Origin: an uncultured Solibacteraceae bacterium
GTDB lineage: Bacteria; Acidobacteriota; Terriglobia; 20CM-2-55-15
DNA length: 64,000 nucleotides
Direction of reading: 5' to 3'
Assembly (NCBI GenBank): GCA_964584785.1
Contig: CAZPBY010000045.1
Location: 2,024-66,023 of the forward strand
Part shown: positions 36,201 through 43,617 of the stretch, piece after piece
Numbering within the stretch: position 1 is the first letter of the stretch
How the letters are laid out: each line of letters opens with the position of its first letter
Notes under the pieces: generated by a model
Databases searched by the model: none
Told to the model about the DNA's origin: nothing
The model's input: only the letters and a program-made list of their open reading frames with translations
Made by a program: the position numbers and the translations under genes

Positions 36201-36441
36201 CGATCGGCTCGGTGGACCTGGGTCCATACCCATGACCTTCGCTCCAGCGGCATGCGGTCCGGCCGGCGCACTGGTCAAGGGGCCCGCATCTATGATCACG
36301 CTAGGCGACGTTTTGAAGGACGGTGGTACTTACAATCAAACGTTCAGTACCGGAATCTATCAGTCCTTTATTAATTACATTCGGACGGCCCAGATCATCA
36401 TCAATGGACAGATATTCACTGTGAAACAGACATCCTGGTAG
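30250..36441 (+). CDS. Giant secreted putative-Ig + BACON repeat protein, paralogue B (2063 aa)
   Basis: Colinear with 22872-29105 from SPLHA|QLNFNSGNFG to the identical C-terminus FTVKQTSW. Confidence 0.9.
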   Translation: MSRLLSRSCFVLVVLSALCSPLHAQLNFNSGNFGTLSFGQAVLSFDPSGGTGPYTFSYAPGASIIPGFRVTNRPDVPVWFGPNTTGALVGIATPDTCAPTGNCSTTIRLSDANGFIDRVVSFSVTSVDIGGSTFSGYGVGDRIDFRFWGVGGSGSYTFTLDSGTLPPGTQIHNQAGAFTGISVDGVLTTAGGYNFSLKLTDSANHSVTRGYFVSVSPLHLVQDRILPAANVGLFYSQTLTVTGCTGTCTFSVDEAIGLLPTGFTLSPAGVLSGTPTFSSFFNNFTLIITDGINTIRRRMQLTSLPVTPTPLTVSTTSVSDVVVGSGSFPGISGSGGFPPYSFSLDSSSSLPAGAFILPAAALGPEFNPLQGYVGSRVLAAGDHDFVIRIIDSANNTATRPLPWRVTNLTTNQCCISTAVFGVPLTPYALVIMGGTPPYTVAPNTIAAGLTTDNNAIISGTPKEIGQFLTLNLTIQDSANPKNSFTLSGYTTITASPTSTGLLVSGGDFGPLQKGVQTAFSISASGSSALPRNFTVSIQEGSLPPGMTLLTGNNFNNSGNVDIAAQIAGVPTVAGVYSVLLRVQDGAGNIGQRQIRIRVSSLAFVTSTLAVGSVGIPYNQTIEFRGGQAPYTLTLTNGSLPTGLSLNGPTISGTPTTSNSTFAGIRITDATGDSIIRNFTLNIYSLQITNPNILPTAYFGEVYSPVTFVVSPPGSYTWTAVGIPLGLTLDSTTGVLSGTPISSGSFNITVTAGTSSTVVVKTFTMFIAVRSTTGVLTGLPSTFGDVFVGSTLTTTLGVSGGTPPYTIALAPGSILPPGLAIVPATSINGNAFFGRYFLAGVLTTAGDYSFRLRYTDGAGLTVDRTITMRVVSIGVATTSLGLGTVNVPYSTQLFGVGGSGPFTFSLSNIANNILPPGLTLSSSGVVSGTPTSTGSFGFTVDLTDGVSTRQQSVVITINATSDLRRIDFGTVIPVTLSMGRGFATTFVPINGSGTHTWSIVSGSLPPGLLLRADATLPSTVLPPNALIAGVPTTAGTYKFTVRVDDQTGNFGTREMTYRITPLRAGPANLPQTRGLVAPPLQAGVPYSFGLTAYNNTGPVTFGDLVGTFMPSGVAMNSTGVVSGTAADLGNFTELYVMTDGAGSTFPNGALGFVVYPSGRPIGVNGLTGATFANATKGSAYSKNLNDLLFPGYGTPPFTWAVLNGSLPAGMSILGSVLTGTPTDIGTSFFSLKVTDANGSQHVVPNQILSVSLMSLTPGPGILPPAIAGVPYSQTFTPAGGVPPVTFRLGLGSDLPVGLTLSSAGVLSGTPTTSGPFILLIEAVDNFGATFLQRYTLDVAPVGTVLPSLKTTPSSINLNYVRGNPNPTPITVNVESTSGNLNFTAQTAGGTWISVAPGSGSTPGFVTLSFNMAGLLAGIYNGALNVTAASAVNSPLSLPVKLTVTDALPCSFALNPTASTIAAGGGSLSFDVTTDSSCNWTASTAVPWITINSPGSGTGTGTVNLSVQQNPNPTTRTGTVTVQGLIYTVTQFGTECSFTLIPNSINVDAFGGIGTINVQASNAVCSWTTAQTDLWIAANPSAGTGSTNVDVTVQSTSGTSSRVGSITIAGQALTVNQAGLGCFYFLSNSQPNPPQFSSSGGGASVDLTTPAGCAWKTDPGPSWIKVTAGQSGFSSGRVTLTIAPNSSTVARSATVLIADQEYDVSQDGVSCSFSVGVDNTLFAVGGGAGNVVITATPKVAGGFCPWVVSSNGSWLTPSVSSGNGSQTVSFNVSANGGTAARSATLNVAGQNIVITESGPVCEFSLRSSAATMPFGGGANSAGVVTANGCGWTATSNAPFITVAPVSSSGTGTGDVNFDVQPNSTGTSRIGTLTIAGQTFTVTQAKAPCSIILGSSSFNVGPFGGTGSFSYTSSVNSCEHTVLSYSSMVTVTSTSYSGTAGTVNFSVEPNGFAAARSGVIRVGEESFTVNQDPSTCQYTLTAFSASFDRLGGPGSIPMTFAPAACGPAGALVKGPASMITLGDVLKDGGTYNQTFSTGIYQSFINYIRTAQIIINGQIFTVKQTSW

Positions 36442-36500
36442 AACAAATGAGAATCCCTCCTCAATGTGACAGAATATGCTCGTCCCGTTGAGGAGGCTAT

Positions 36501-37955
36501 ATGTTGATGAAGAAATGCATCAGCGCATTGCTGTTTGTCACGGTGTTGTCCGTCACGGCTGTAGCGCAAGACGCTAAAACCGTTATCAGCGCCGCATCCA
36601 AAGCCATGGGCGCGGAGAACGTGAAAACGATTCAGTATTCCGGACCGGGATCGGAGTTCTCGTTCGGGCAGGCCTACAATCCCGCTTCACCCTGGCCTGC
36701 CTTCAAGAACAAGACCTATACTCGAACGATCGACTTTGATATGCCGGCCGTGCGCATCGATCGCGTCGCGGAGCCGATCGATCCTCAGCGGCGGGGTGGA
36801 GGCCTGGCGCCGGCGGCCAGCCAGACGATCGTCGTCAATCCAAACACCGCGTGGGCTCAACAACTCGAAATCTGGAAGACACCGATCGGTTTTCTGAAAG
36901 CCGCAGCGACGAACAATGCGACGGCGACGACTCAGACCGCAGGAGGGAAGAAATACACCGTCATCACGTTCATGGGGCAGAACAAAGCCAAGGTGAATGG
37001 CTACGTCAATGCTCAAAACATGCTGGAGCGTGTGGAGACATGGATTGATAACGCCGTCACCGGCGACACCGTGCTGGACATCAGCTATAGCGACTACAAG
37101 GATTTTGGTGGAGTGAAGTTCCCCACCCACATCGTCGAGAAACAGGGAAGCTATCCCACGCTCGATCTGATGGTGACTGACGTGAAGCCGAATATCGCCG
37201 CCAATATTCAGTCTCCGCAAGGTCGCGGCGGTGCGCCCGCCGGTGGCGCGCCGGCGGGTGCTGCTCCGGCGCCCGCGGCCACATCGCAAAAACTAGCCGA
37301 TGGTGTTTACCTGATTCTTCCCGGCTATGCCGCGCTCGCTGTGGATTTCAAGGATTACATCGTCGTCGTCGAGGGTCCGCAGAGCGAGGCGCGCGGTGCC
37401 GCCATTATCGAGGAAGCGAAGAAGGTCATTCCGAACAAACCGATCAGGTACGTGGTGAACACCCACATTCACTTCGACCATTCGAGCGGCCTGCGGGCAT
37501 TCGTCGCTGAGGATTCCACGATCATCACGCATCAGGTGAACAAGGGATACTGGGAAAAGGTCCTGGCCGGGCCGCACACGTTGAATCCCGACAAACAGGA
37601 AACGGCGAAGAAGAAAATCAAGGTGGAGTATATCGGCGACAAGAAGGTGTTGACGGGCGGAGGCCACGTCATCGAATTGCATCGTCTTCAGGGGAGCCTT
37701 CATCAGGAAGGTTTGATCGTGGCTTATCTGCCCAAGGAAAAGATTCTCGTCGAGGCCGATGCTTTCAATCCCCCGGCTCAGGCCAACGCGCCGGCCCCGT
37801 CTCCGGTGAATCCGGCGACCATCAATCTTGTCGAGAACATTGAACGGCTGAAACTCAATGTCGAAACGATCGTTCCCGTTCACTATCCGGCCGACGGGCG
37901 GAAGGTGCCTGTGTCCGAGCTTATGCGAGCTGCCGGAAAGTCCTCGTCGAATTGA
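36501..37955 (+). CDS. Secreted MBL-fold metallo-hydrolase
   Basis: SD GAGGAGG; signal peptide; THIHFDHSSG (HxHxDH); later His residues (GSLHQ, VPVHY). Confidence 0.85.
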   Translation: MLMKKCISALLFVTVLSVTAVAQDAKTVISAASKAMGAENVKTIQYSGPGSEFSFGQAYNPASPWPAFKNKTYTRTIDFDMPAVRIDRVAEPIDPQRRGGGLAPAASQTIVVNPNTAWAQQLEIWKTPIGFLKAAATNNATATTQTAGGKKYTVITFMGQNKAKVNGYVNAQNMLERVETWIDNAVTGDTVLDISYSDYKDFGGVKFPTHIVEKQGSYPTLDLMVTDVKPNIAANIQSPQGRGGAPAGGAPAGAAPAPAATSQKLADGVYLILPGYAALAVDFKDYIVVVEGPQSEARGAAIIEEAKKVIPNKPIRYVVNTHIHFDHSSGLRAFVAEDSTIITHQVNKGYWEKVLAGPHTLNPDKQETAKKKIKVEYIGDKKVLTGGGHVIELHRLQGSLHQEGLIVAYLPKEKILVEADAFNPPAQANAPAPSPVNPATINLVENIERLKLNVETIVPVHYPADGRKVPVSELMRAAGKSSSN

Positions 37956-37965
37956 ATCGTTCCAG

Positions 37966-38085
37966 ATTTGTGATTGCCGATTGGTGACTGATGATTGCGT
38001 AACCGAAGCCATAGGCCATTCGCGATCGGGAATCGGCGATGGCCTCAGTTCGCCAATCGCCGGTTACCAATCAGCCATCACAAAT
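37966..38085. repeat. Imperfect long palindrome between convergent genes (REP-like / possible terminator)
   Basis: ATTTGTGATTGCCGATTGGTGACTGATGATTG pairs imperfectly with CCAATCGCCGGTTACCAATCAGCCATCACAAAT; inner GGCCAT...ATGGCC. Confidence 0.6.
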
Positions 38086-38087
38086 GC

Positions 38088-39674
38088 TTACGGTTTCTTT
38101 GTTTGCGGCAGCTCCCCGCGCGTGCGCTGCACGCACTGGGCGGCTTTGCAGTTGTCGGCGAAGGGAGAGCCGAGCTTGATCAGGTGATCGACGACCGGCG
38201 GGTACTGGAGATTCCATTCCCGCGGGCCGTTCGCCATATCGGCGACGCTGTCGCCCTTTCCCGGTTCTGCGGCGGCGTCGGTGTCGCTGTTGCGGCCGTA
38301 GATCATGTCGGCTTGCACTTTGACGTTGGCGCCCTTCGAGACCAGATAGTCAATCAGCTCGATGTTGTTCATCAGCGCAGCGCCGTGAAGCGGCGTGTAG
38401 CCCTTGTCGTCTTTCGAGTTGACCTTCGCGTCGAGTTCTTCGATCAGATACTTGACCGTGGTGAGCCGTGCATCCGGCGCAAAATTGCTGGTTTGCGGCT
38501 GATATCCGAATCCTGCAGCGACCTGCAGCGGTGAGGAGCCGTGCGCGGTTGGAATATTCGGATCCGCGCCGTGCGCGACGAGCAAGCGCATGGCGGGAAT
38601 ATCGTTGGATTGAGCGGCGCGCCAGAATGCAGTTGCGCCGTCCGGATCGACCCAGTCGCCGTGGAAAGTGCGGAACCAAAGCTTCGGTCCCATCTTCGCG
38701 TTCGGATCCGCTCCGCGCTCGAGCAGCGCTGTCATTAATTCGAGGTGCGTCGTCTTTTCCTGTTCGTTGCTTGCCGCCGGATACCACGTTCGCGCGGCCC
38801 ATCCCTGATCGATGCTCGCGAACAGAGGCGTTAGCGCTCCAGTCGTTGAGAGATTAGGATTCGCCCCGTGATCGAGGAGGTACTTCGCGATGTCGAAATA
38901 TCCATTGATGATGGCCGTCGTGATCGGAGGCATCCTGTCCGTTCCGGACAACACATTGACGTCCGCGCCCGCCGCCACGAGTTCGCGAACAACGTCCGCC
39001 TGTCCTTCGCGCGCGGCAAGATGGAGAGCCGACATGCCGCCCAGCCAGGGGCCGGACATCTGACGCCGGTTCGGGTTGATGCCGTCACGTTTGTCGCGGG
39101 GATCGCGCGATTCGAGGACTTTCGACAGCACGTTGAGATCGGCGCCTTTCGCGGTCAGCAGCTTAATCACAGGCGCCGCGCTGACAGCCGACGCGTACAT
39201 CAGCGCGGTCTGGCCATTCATCGTGTCCGTCGCGTTGACGTTGGCCCCACGGTCGAGCAGCAGCTTCACGGCTTCGGGACTGCCCGAACCGGCCGCGAGC
39301 ATGAGAGGCGTGGTGCCTGCAGGAGTCGCGGCGTTGACGTCCGATCCGGCTTTGAGAAGCACATCGATGACCGGTGCACTCCCTGTCTTCGCGGCGATGA
39401 GCAGAGGCGTATAGTCGCCGAGACGCGTCGTGGCCTTGATGCTGGCGCCGGCCTGGACGAGAATTCGCGCCATGTCGACATCGTTGCGATAGGCGGCCCA
39501 GTGCAGCGCGGTCATGCCGTCACCCTGCGCCGTGTTGACGTCGGTTTTGCGGGCGATCAACGACTGCACCGTTGCCTTGTCGCCTTGCATCGCGGCGTCC
39601 GGAAGACGTGTGTCTCCGGCCGCAGGGCCCGCAAGCATTCCCATCAACAATGTCATTACGATTTGCGCAAACAT
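38088..39674 (-). CDS. Secreted ankyrin-repeat protein
   Basis: SD GGAGGAGG; repeats GMTALHWAA, YTPLLIAA, TTPLMLAA, QTALMYA, MSALHLAA, YTPLHGAA. Confidence 0.9.
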   Translation of the reverse strand: MFAQIVMTLLMGMLAGPAAGDTRLPDAAMQGDKATVQSLIARKTDVNTAQGDGMTALHWAAYRNDVDMARILVQAGASIKATTRLGDYTPLLIAAKTGSAPVIDVLLKAGSDVNAATPAGTTPLMLAAGSGSPEAVKLLLDRGANVNATDTMNGQTALMYASAVSAAPVIKLLTAKGADLNVLSKVLESRDPRDKRDGINPNRRQMSGPWLGGMSALHLAAREGQADVVRELVAAGADVNVLSGTDRMPPITTAIINGYFDIAKYLLDHGANPNLSTTGALTPLFASIDQGWAARTWYPAASNEQEKTTHLELMTALLERGADPNAKMGPKLWFRTFHGDWVDPDGATAFWRAAQSNDIPAMRLLVAHGADPNIPTAHGSSPLQVAAGFGYQPQTSNFAPDARLTTVKYLIEELDAKVNSKDDKGYTPLHGAALMNNIELIDYLVSKGANVKVQADMIYGRNSDTDAAAEPGKGDSVADMANGPREWNLQYPPVVDHLIKLGSPFADNCKAAQCVQRTRGELPQTKKP

Positions 39675-39700
39675 GTCGTCCTCCTCCAGCTGAGGTCCGT

Positions 39701-39784
39701 CACCTGGCCCGTCGCTACCCTCCGGGTTCTGACTTGCACGTTGCGACGATGTGCGGAACCCCGAGCGCAGCGACGGGCTTCGTG
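39701..39784. repeat. REP-like palindrome, copy 1 (intergenic, degenerate)
   Basis: GCCCGTCGCTACCCTCCGGGTTC...GAACCCCGAGCGCAGCGACGGGCTTCGTG; same family as 46366-46451 and 55452-55549. Confidence 0.8.
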
Positions 39785-39785
39785 C

Positions 39786-41156
39786 CTAAATGCTTATATC
39801 CCCCGTGCTATCGCCGACGTGATCGAGGTCCATGCCCAGTTTCTGCATCATCGTCAGCAGAATGTTGGCCTGCGGCGTTCCTTCCTTGCAGCGAACGTGC
39901 AGGTTTCCCTTGATCGCTCCATTCGCGTGGCCCGCGATTATCGCGGGTACTCGTTTGTGACCATGCACGTTTGAATTCGCCATCGCGCTGCCGTAGAAAA
40001 TGAGCGAGTGGTCGAGAAGGTTGCCGTCAGCGTCTTTCGTCTTCTGCAACTTGTCCAGGAAGTAGGCCAGCAGCCCGATATGGTAGCGATTGATCTTCGA
40101 CAGATCCAGGATCGACGAGGGAACGTCCTGATGATGCGACGCCGAATGGAATGGCGTTGTCGTACCGCTTTCCGGAAATACGCGATTCGATGTGTCGCGG
40201 CCGAGTTTCAACGTTGCGACTCGGGTGGTTTCCGCCGCGAAACCCAGCGCGATCAGATCCATCATCAATTTCGTATGATCGTCCCACGAGTCGGGAACCC
40301 CGACCGGCGCCGTTGGAACATCGCGATTCGGGTTGTTCGCGTTGTATGTTTCGATCGCCTCGATCCGGCGCTCGATCTCACGAACGTTTTCAAGGTATGC
40401 GTTCAGGCGGTTTCGATCCTGAGCGTCGAGATCCTTCATGAGCCTCGAGACATTGTGCGTTATGCCGTCGAGTACGCTCTTGCTCATCCTCCGGCGCGCG
40501 GCGCGATCCTCTTTCGAGCCGCCTGTGCCGAATAGCTGCTCAAACGCGGAGCGCGGATTCAGCGTCATCGGCAGCGGCGTGGTCGGCGACGACCAGCTGA
40601 TCGTGTTCATGTACACGCAGCTGTACATCCAGCCGCAGGATCCGGTCGCATCCTCGTTTTCCGTGCAAAGCTGGATCGAGGGAATCGGTGTGTCCTGACC
40701 GAACTTCTGCGCATACATCTGATCGATCGACGTGCCGCAATAGACGTCGGAGCCCAGCGTCTGCTTGGGGTGTGAAGCAGTGAGGAATACCGCCGCCGAA
40801 CGGAAGTGATCAGCGCCGACTTCTTCGGCAGTCAACGGATCGGCGGTGGAGCAATCCGTCATGCTGATGATGGTCGTGTAGTCTCGAAATGATTCGAGCG
40901 GCTTCACGATCATGCCGAAATCGAAGTCGCGTCCCTCCTTTTTCGGAATCAGCAAACCTTCGTTCGTTCCCCACTCGGTGCTTCCGGCCGAACCATGTAC
41001 GACCTCGATGCAAGCCAGACGGCTCCTGCCGGCCGCTGCCGTCTTCGACAACGGCGTTTGTGCGGGCACCATGGCTTCGAGGAAAGGCAAAGAGACGGCG
41101 GCACCCATACCTTGAAGGACCGTGCGTCTGGAAATGTGTCTTTTGGTTATAAACAT
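39786..41156 (-). CDS. DUF1552-family protein with Tat-like signal
   Basis: MFITKRHISRRTVLQGMGAAVSLPFLEAM; DHFRSAAVFLT; SIDQ; FHSASHH; LLDHSLIFYGS.M.NSN.H. Confidence 0.85.
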   Translation of the reverse strand: MFITKRHISRRTVLQGMGAAVSLPFLEAMVPAQTPLSKTAAAGRSRLACIEVVHGSAGSTEWGTNEGLLIPKKEGRDFDFGMIVKPLESFRDYTTIISMTDCSTADPLTAEEVGADHFRSAAVFLTASHPKQTLGSDVYCGTSIDQMYAQKFGQDTPIPSIQLCTENEDATGSCGWMYSCVYMNTISWSSPTTPLPMTLNPRSAFEQLFGTGGSKEDRAARRRMSKSVLDGITHNVSRLMKDLDAQDRNRLNAYLENVREIERRIEAIETYNANNPNRDVPTAPVGVPDSWDDHTKLMMDLIALGFAAETTRVATLKLGRDTSNRVFPESGTTTPFHSASHHQDVPSSILDLSKINRYHIGLLAYFLDKLQKTKDADGNLLDHSLIFYGSAMANSNVHGHKRVPAIIAGHANGAIKGNLHVRCKEGTPQANILLTMMQKLGMDLDHVGDSTGDISI

Positions 41157-41169
41157 GGCTTCGATCTCC

Positions 41170-43518
41170 TTACTGTACGCTCTCGCCGCGGACGATCCGC
41201 ATCTGAAACGGTTTGCTTTTGACGATTCCAAAGACGAATGACGAAAACCGATTGTTGGTTTTCGCGGCTTCCTGCGCGATTGCGCGAACCGTCGGCATGT
41301 CGCGGTAATCCAGCACGCGGCCTAATCCATACGCCAAAAGGTTTTCAGTGAAACTGCCGAGGAAAGCGTCGGACCGGTTCGCGATGGCCTGCCGAACGCC
41401 TGCCGGACTCTCGAGCTTCGTTCCGTCGTACATCACGGTCGAGGGATCGATCGCTTGTCCATTGTCCCTGGTTCTCCACAAACCAATGGCGTCGAAGTTC
41501 TCCATCGCCAGGCCGATCGGATCCATCATCTTGTGGCACGACGCGCAAGGCTCAACCTTGCGATGAAGCTCCATGCGCTCGCGCACCGACAGATTCTTTT
41601 CGTTCTCAACCGCCTCCTTCAGCTTGGGGACCGCGGGTGGCGGCGCCGGCGGCGGCGACCCGATCAGAACTTCCAGAACGTACTTGCCGCGAGCGACCGG
41701 TGATGTGCGATTCGCCAGCGAAGTCATCATGAGAATGCCGGATTTGCCGAGCAGGCCGTAGCGATTCGGATCCGTCAACTGGACGCGCCGGAAACGATTG
41801 CCGGGTTCGACGGGCAATTTGTAGTGGCGCGCCAGCACTTCGTCAACGTACGTGTAATCCGCCGTCAGCAGATCCAGAACGTTGCGGTCTTCGCTAGCGA
41901 TGCTCCCGAAGAAGAGTTCGACTTCGCGCCGCATCGATTCGCCCAGCGTCCGCGAGTATTCCGGGAAAATCGTCGGTTCGGGGACCGTGTCCTGAATGCT
42001 CTGCAATCGCAGCCACTGACGGGCGAAGTTTGTGGACAGCGTTTCCGATCGAGGATCGGCGATCATGCGCTTGACCTGCTGCTCGAGTATTGCGGGATCC
42101 TTGAGCTTGCCCTGCGTGGCAACAGTGATCAACTGATCGTCGGGCGCACTGCTCCACAGGAAGTACGACAACCGCGACGCCAGTTCGAGATCGCTGATCT
42201 TGTAGCTCTGTCCGGTTTTTACATTGCGGGGAACACGTTCGAAGCGGAACACGAATTCGGGATCGGCCAGGATGCCTTGAAGAGCCGTCCGGACTCCGGT
42301 CTCGAAGTCACCTTCCTTTCGGCCCGTCTGGTACAGCACCATCAAGCCTTCCATGTCTTCCGCAGCAACGGGACGTCTGAACGCTTGTTTCGCGAGGCGG
42401 GAGACAATCTCCGTGGCGCAGGGCTCCTCTTCAGAAGTCTTCGCCGGATGACAGGAGAAGATCCGCCGGCGGCTCGGCGTGTCGGAAATACCGCTGACCT
42501 TGAATGGACCGGTGATTGCCATCGTTTGCAGGTGGGGCAGCGCGGTCATCTGCGGATGGTTCGCAATGTCGGTGCTGACGAGTGTGTGTTCCACGAGCCG
42601 GTATTGATCCTGGATCGGTCCGTCGAAGTCCATCACGAATGCCGCCGCGACGCGATGTTGTCCAGCCTTGATCTTGATCGGATCGGAAATGATCGGCCCT
42701 TCGGCTTCCTGCATGTCGAGATCGATCTTGAATACTGCCACGCGCTCTCCATCGATCGAGACTTCGACCTGCTGGTTTTCGAGAGCCTTCGGAAGTTTTG
42801 AGCCGATGATGTTTCCGGTGAACCAGAAATGGAATGAAAGGTTGAACTTGTAATCGCCGTCCGCCGGGAACGTGTGCAGCACTGAAATGCCGCCTCGAGT
42901 TCCAAACGGCGTGCCTTCGACGTGGCGCATCTGGTTGGCGGTTCTGGGAACGTTATACGTCGTCATGGCCGGCGCAGCATCGCGGTCGCCGACGGCTTGA
43001 CGGCTGATCGTTTCAGCGGCTCTTGCATAACCCTGCATCAGAGCCGGCGTGATGGTCAGCGCATCCGCCATGTTGTCGAACGCACCGCTCCTCGCGTCGG
43101 GCGGCAGAAGTTCGGTGACATCGACGTCAATGCCGAGAAGATCGTGAACCGAATTTCGATACTCGGTGCGGTTCACTCGATGAAGGTCCGGCGCATCGAT
43201 AAACGGCTGCTGGGCAGCTGCAAGATCGATCTTCTTCTCGAGGCCGGCGGCAAACTGTTTCAGAGTGGCGGCGTCCGGTCGTCGAGCGCCTGCGGGCGGC
43301 ATCATGCCCGCTCGAACCTTGCGAATCACCTTCTCGATGCGGTCGGCGTGCTGATCGGGGTGCGCCAGATCAATCTCAGACCAGGAAAAGCCCCCCGATT
43401 TGAGCTTGTCGTTGTGACAGCCGGCGCAGTATTCGTTTACTAAGGCCGCTTCGTTTTGGGCAAGAGCAAAGGTGGACGTCAGAAGGAACAACGTACACAA
43501 GACCATCGCACGTTTCAT
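41170..43518 (-). CDS. DUF1592-family (planctomycete cytochrome c-like) protein
   Basis: Signal peptide; CAGCH and CASCH; LHRVNRTEYRNSVHDLL, ELASRLSYFLWSS.PD, TSPVARGKYVL, ENFDAIGLWR. Confidence 0.9.
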   Translation of the reverse strand: MKRAMVLCTLFLLTSTFALAQNEAALVNEYCAGCHNDKLKSGGFSWSEIDLAHPDQHADRIEKVIRKVRAGMMPPAGARRPDAATLKQFAAGLEKKIDLAAAQQPFIDAPDLHRVNRTEYRNSVHDLLGIDVDVTELLPPDARSGAFDNMADALTITPALMQGYARAAETISRQAVGDRDAAPAMTTYNVPRTANQMRHVEGTPFGTRGGISVLHTFPADGDYKFNLSFHFWFTGNIIGSKLPKALENQQVEVSIDGERVAVFKIDLDMQEAEGPIISDPIKIKAGQHRVAAAFVMDFDGPIQDQYRLVEHTLVSTDIANHPQMTALPHLQTMAITGPFKVSGISDTPSRRRIFSCHPAKTSEEEPCATEIVSRLAKQAFRRPVAAEDMEGLMVLYQTGRKEGDFETGVRTALQGILADPEFVFRFERVPRNVKTGQSYKISDLELASRLSYFLWSSAPDDQLITVATQGKLKDPAILEQQVKRMIADPRSETLSTNFARQWLRLQSIQDTVPEPTIFPEYSRTLGESMRREVELFFGSIASEDRNVLDLLTADYTYVDEVLARHYKLPVEPGNRFRRVQLTDPNRYGLLGKSGILMMTSLANRTSPVARGKYVLEVLIGSPPPAPPPAVPKLKEAVENEKNLSVRERMELHRKVEPCASCHKMMDPIGLAMENFDAIGLWRTRDNGQAIDPSTVMYDGTKLESPAGVRQAIANRSDAFLGSFTENLLAYGLGRVLDYRDMPTVRAIAQEAAKTNNRFSSFVFGIVKSKPFQMRIVRGESVQ

Positions 43519-43541
43519 TGGGTTCCCCAAGCAGGAAGTCT

Positions 43542-43557
43542 ATTGGCGCCAATCATA
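43542..43557 (-). promoter_or_regulatory. Candidate -10 (TATGAT) abutting the perfect palindrome ATTGGCGCCAAT upstream of the DUF1592 operon
   Basis: 12-bp perfect palindrome at 43542-43553; the minus strand reads TATGAT at 43557-43552. Confidence 0.4.
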
Positions 43558-43579
43558 TAAGATCCGCGTGGGCAGTGGC

Positions 43580-43616
43580 AAAAAAATATCGTGGCGACGG
43601 GCTTCCTGCCGCCACG
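43580..43616 (-). terminator. Intrinsic terminator after the CRTAC1 gene
   Basis: Minus strand CGTGGCGGC-9 nt-GTCGCCACG followed by ATATTTTTTT. Confidence 0.7.
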
Positions 43617-43617
43617 T

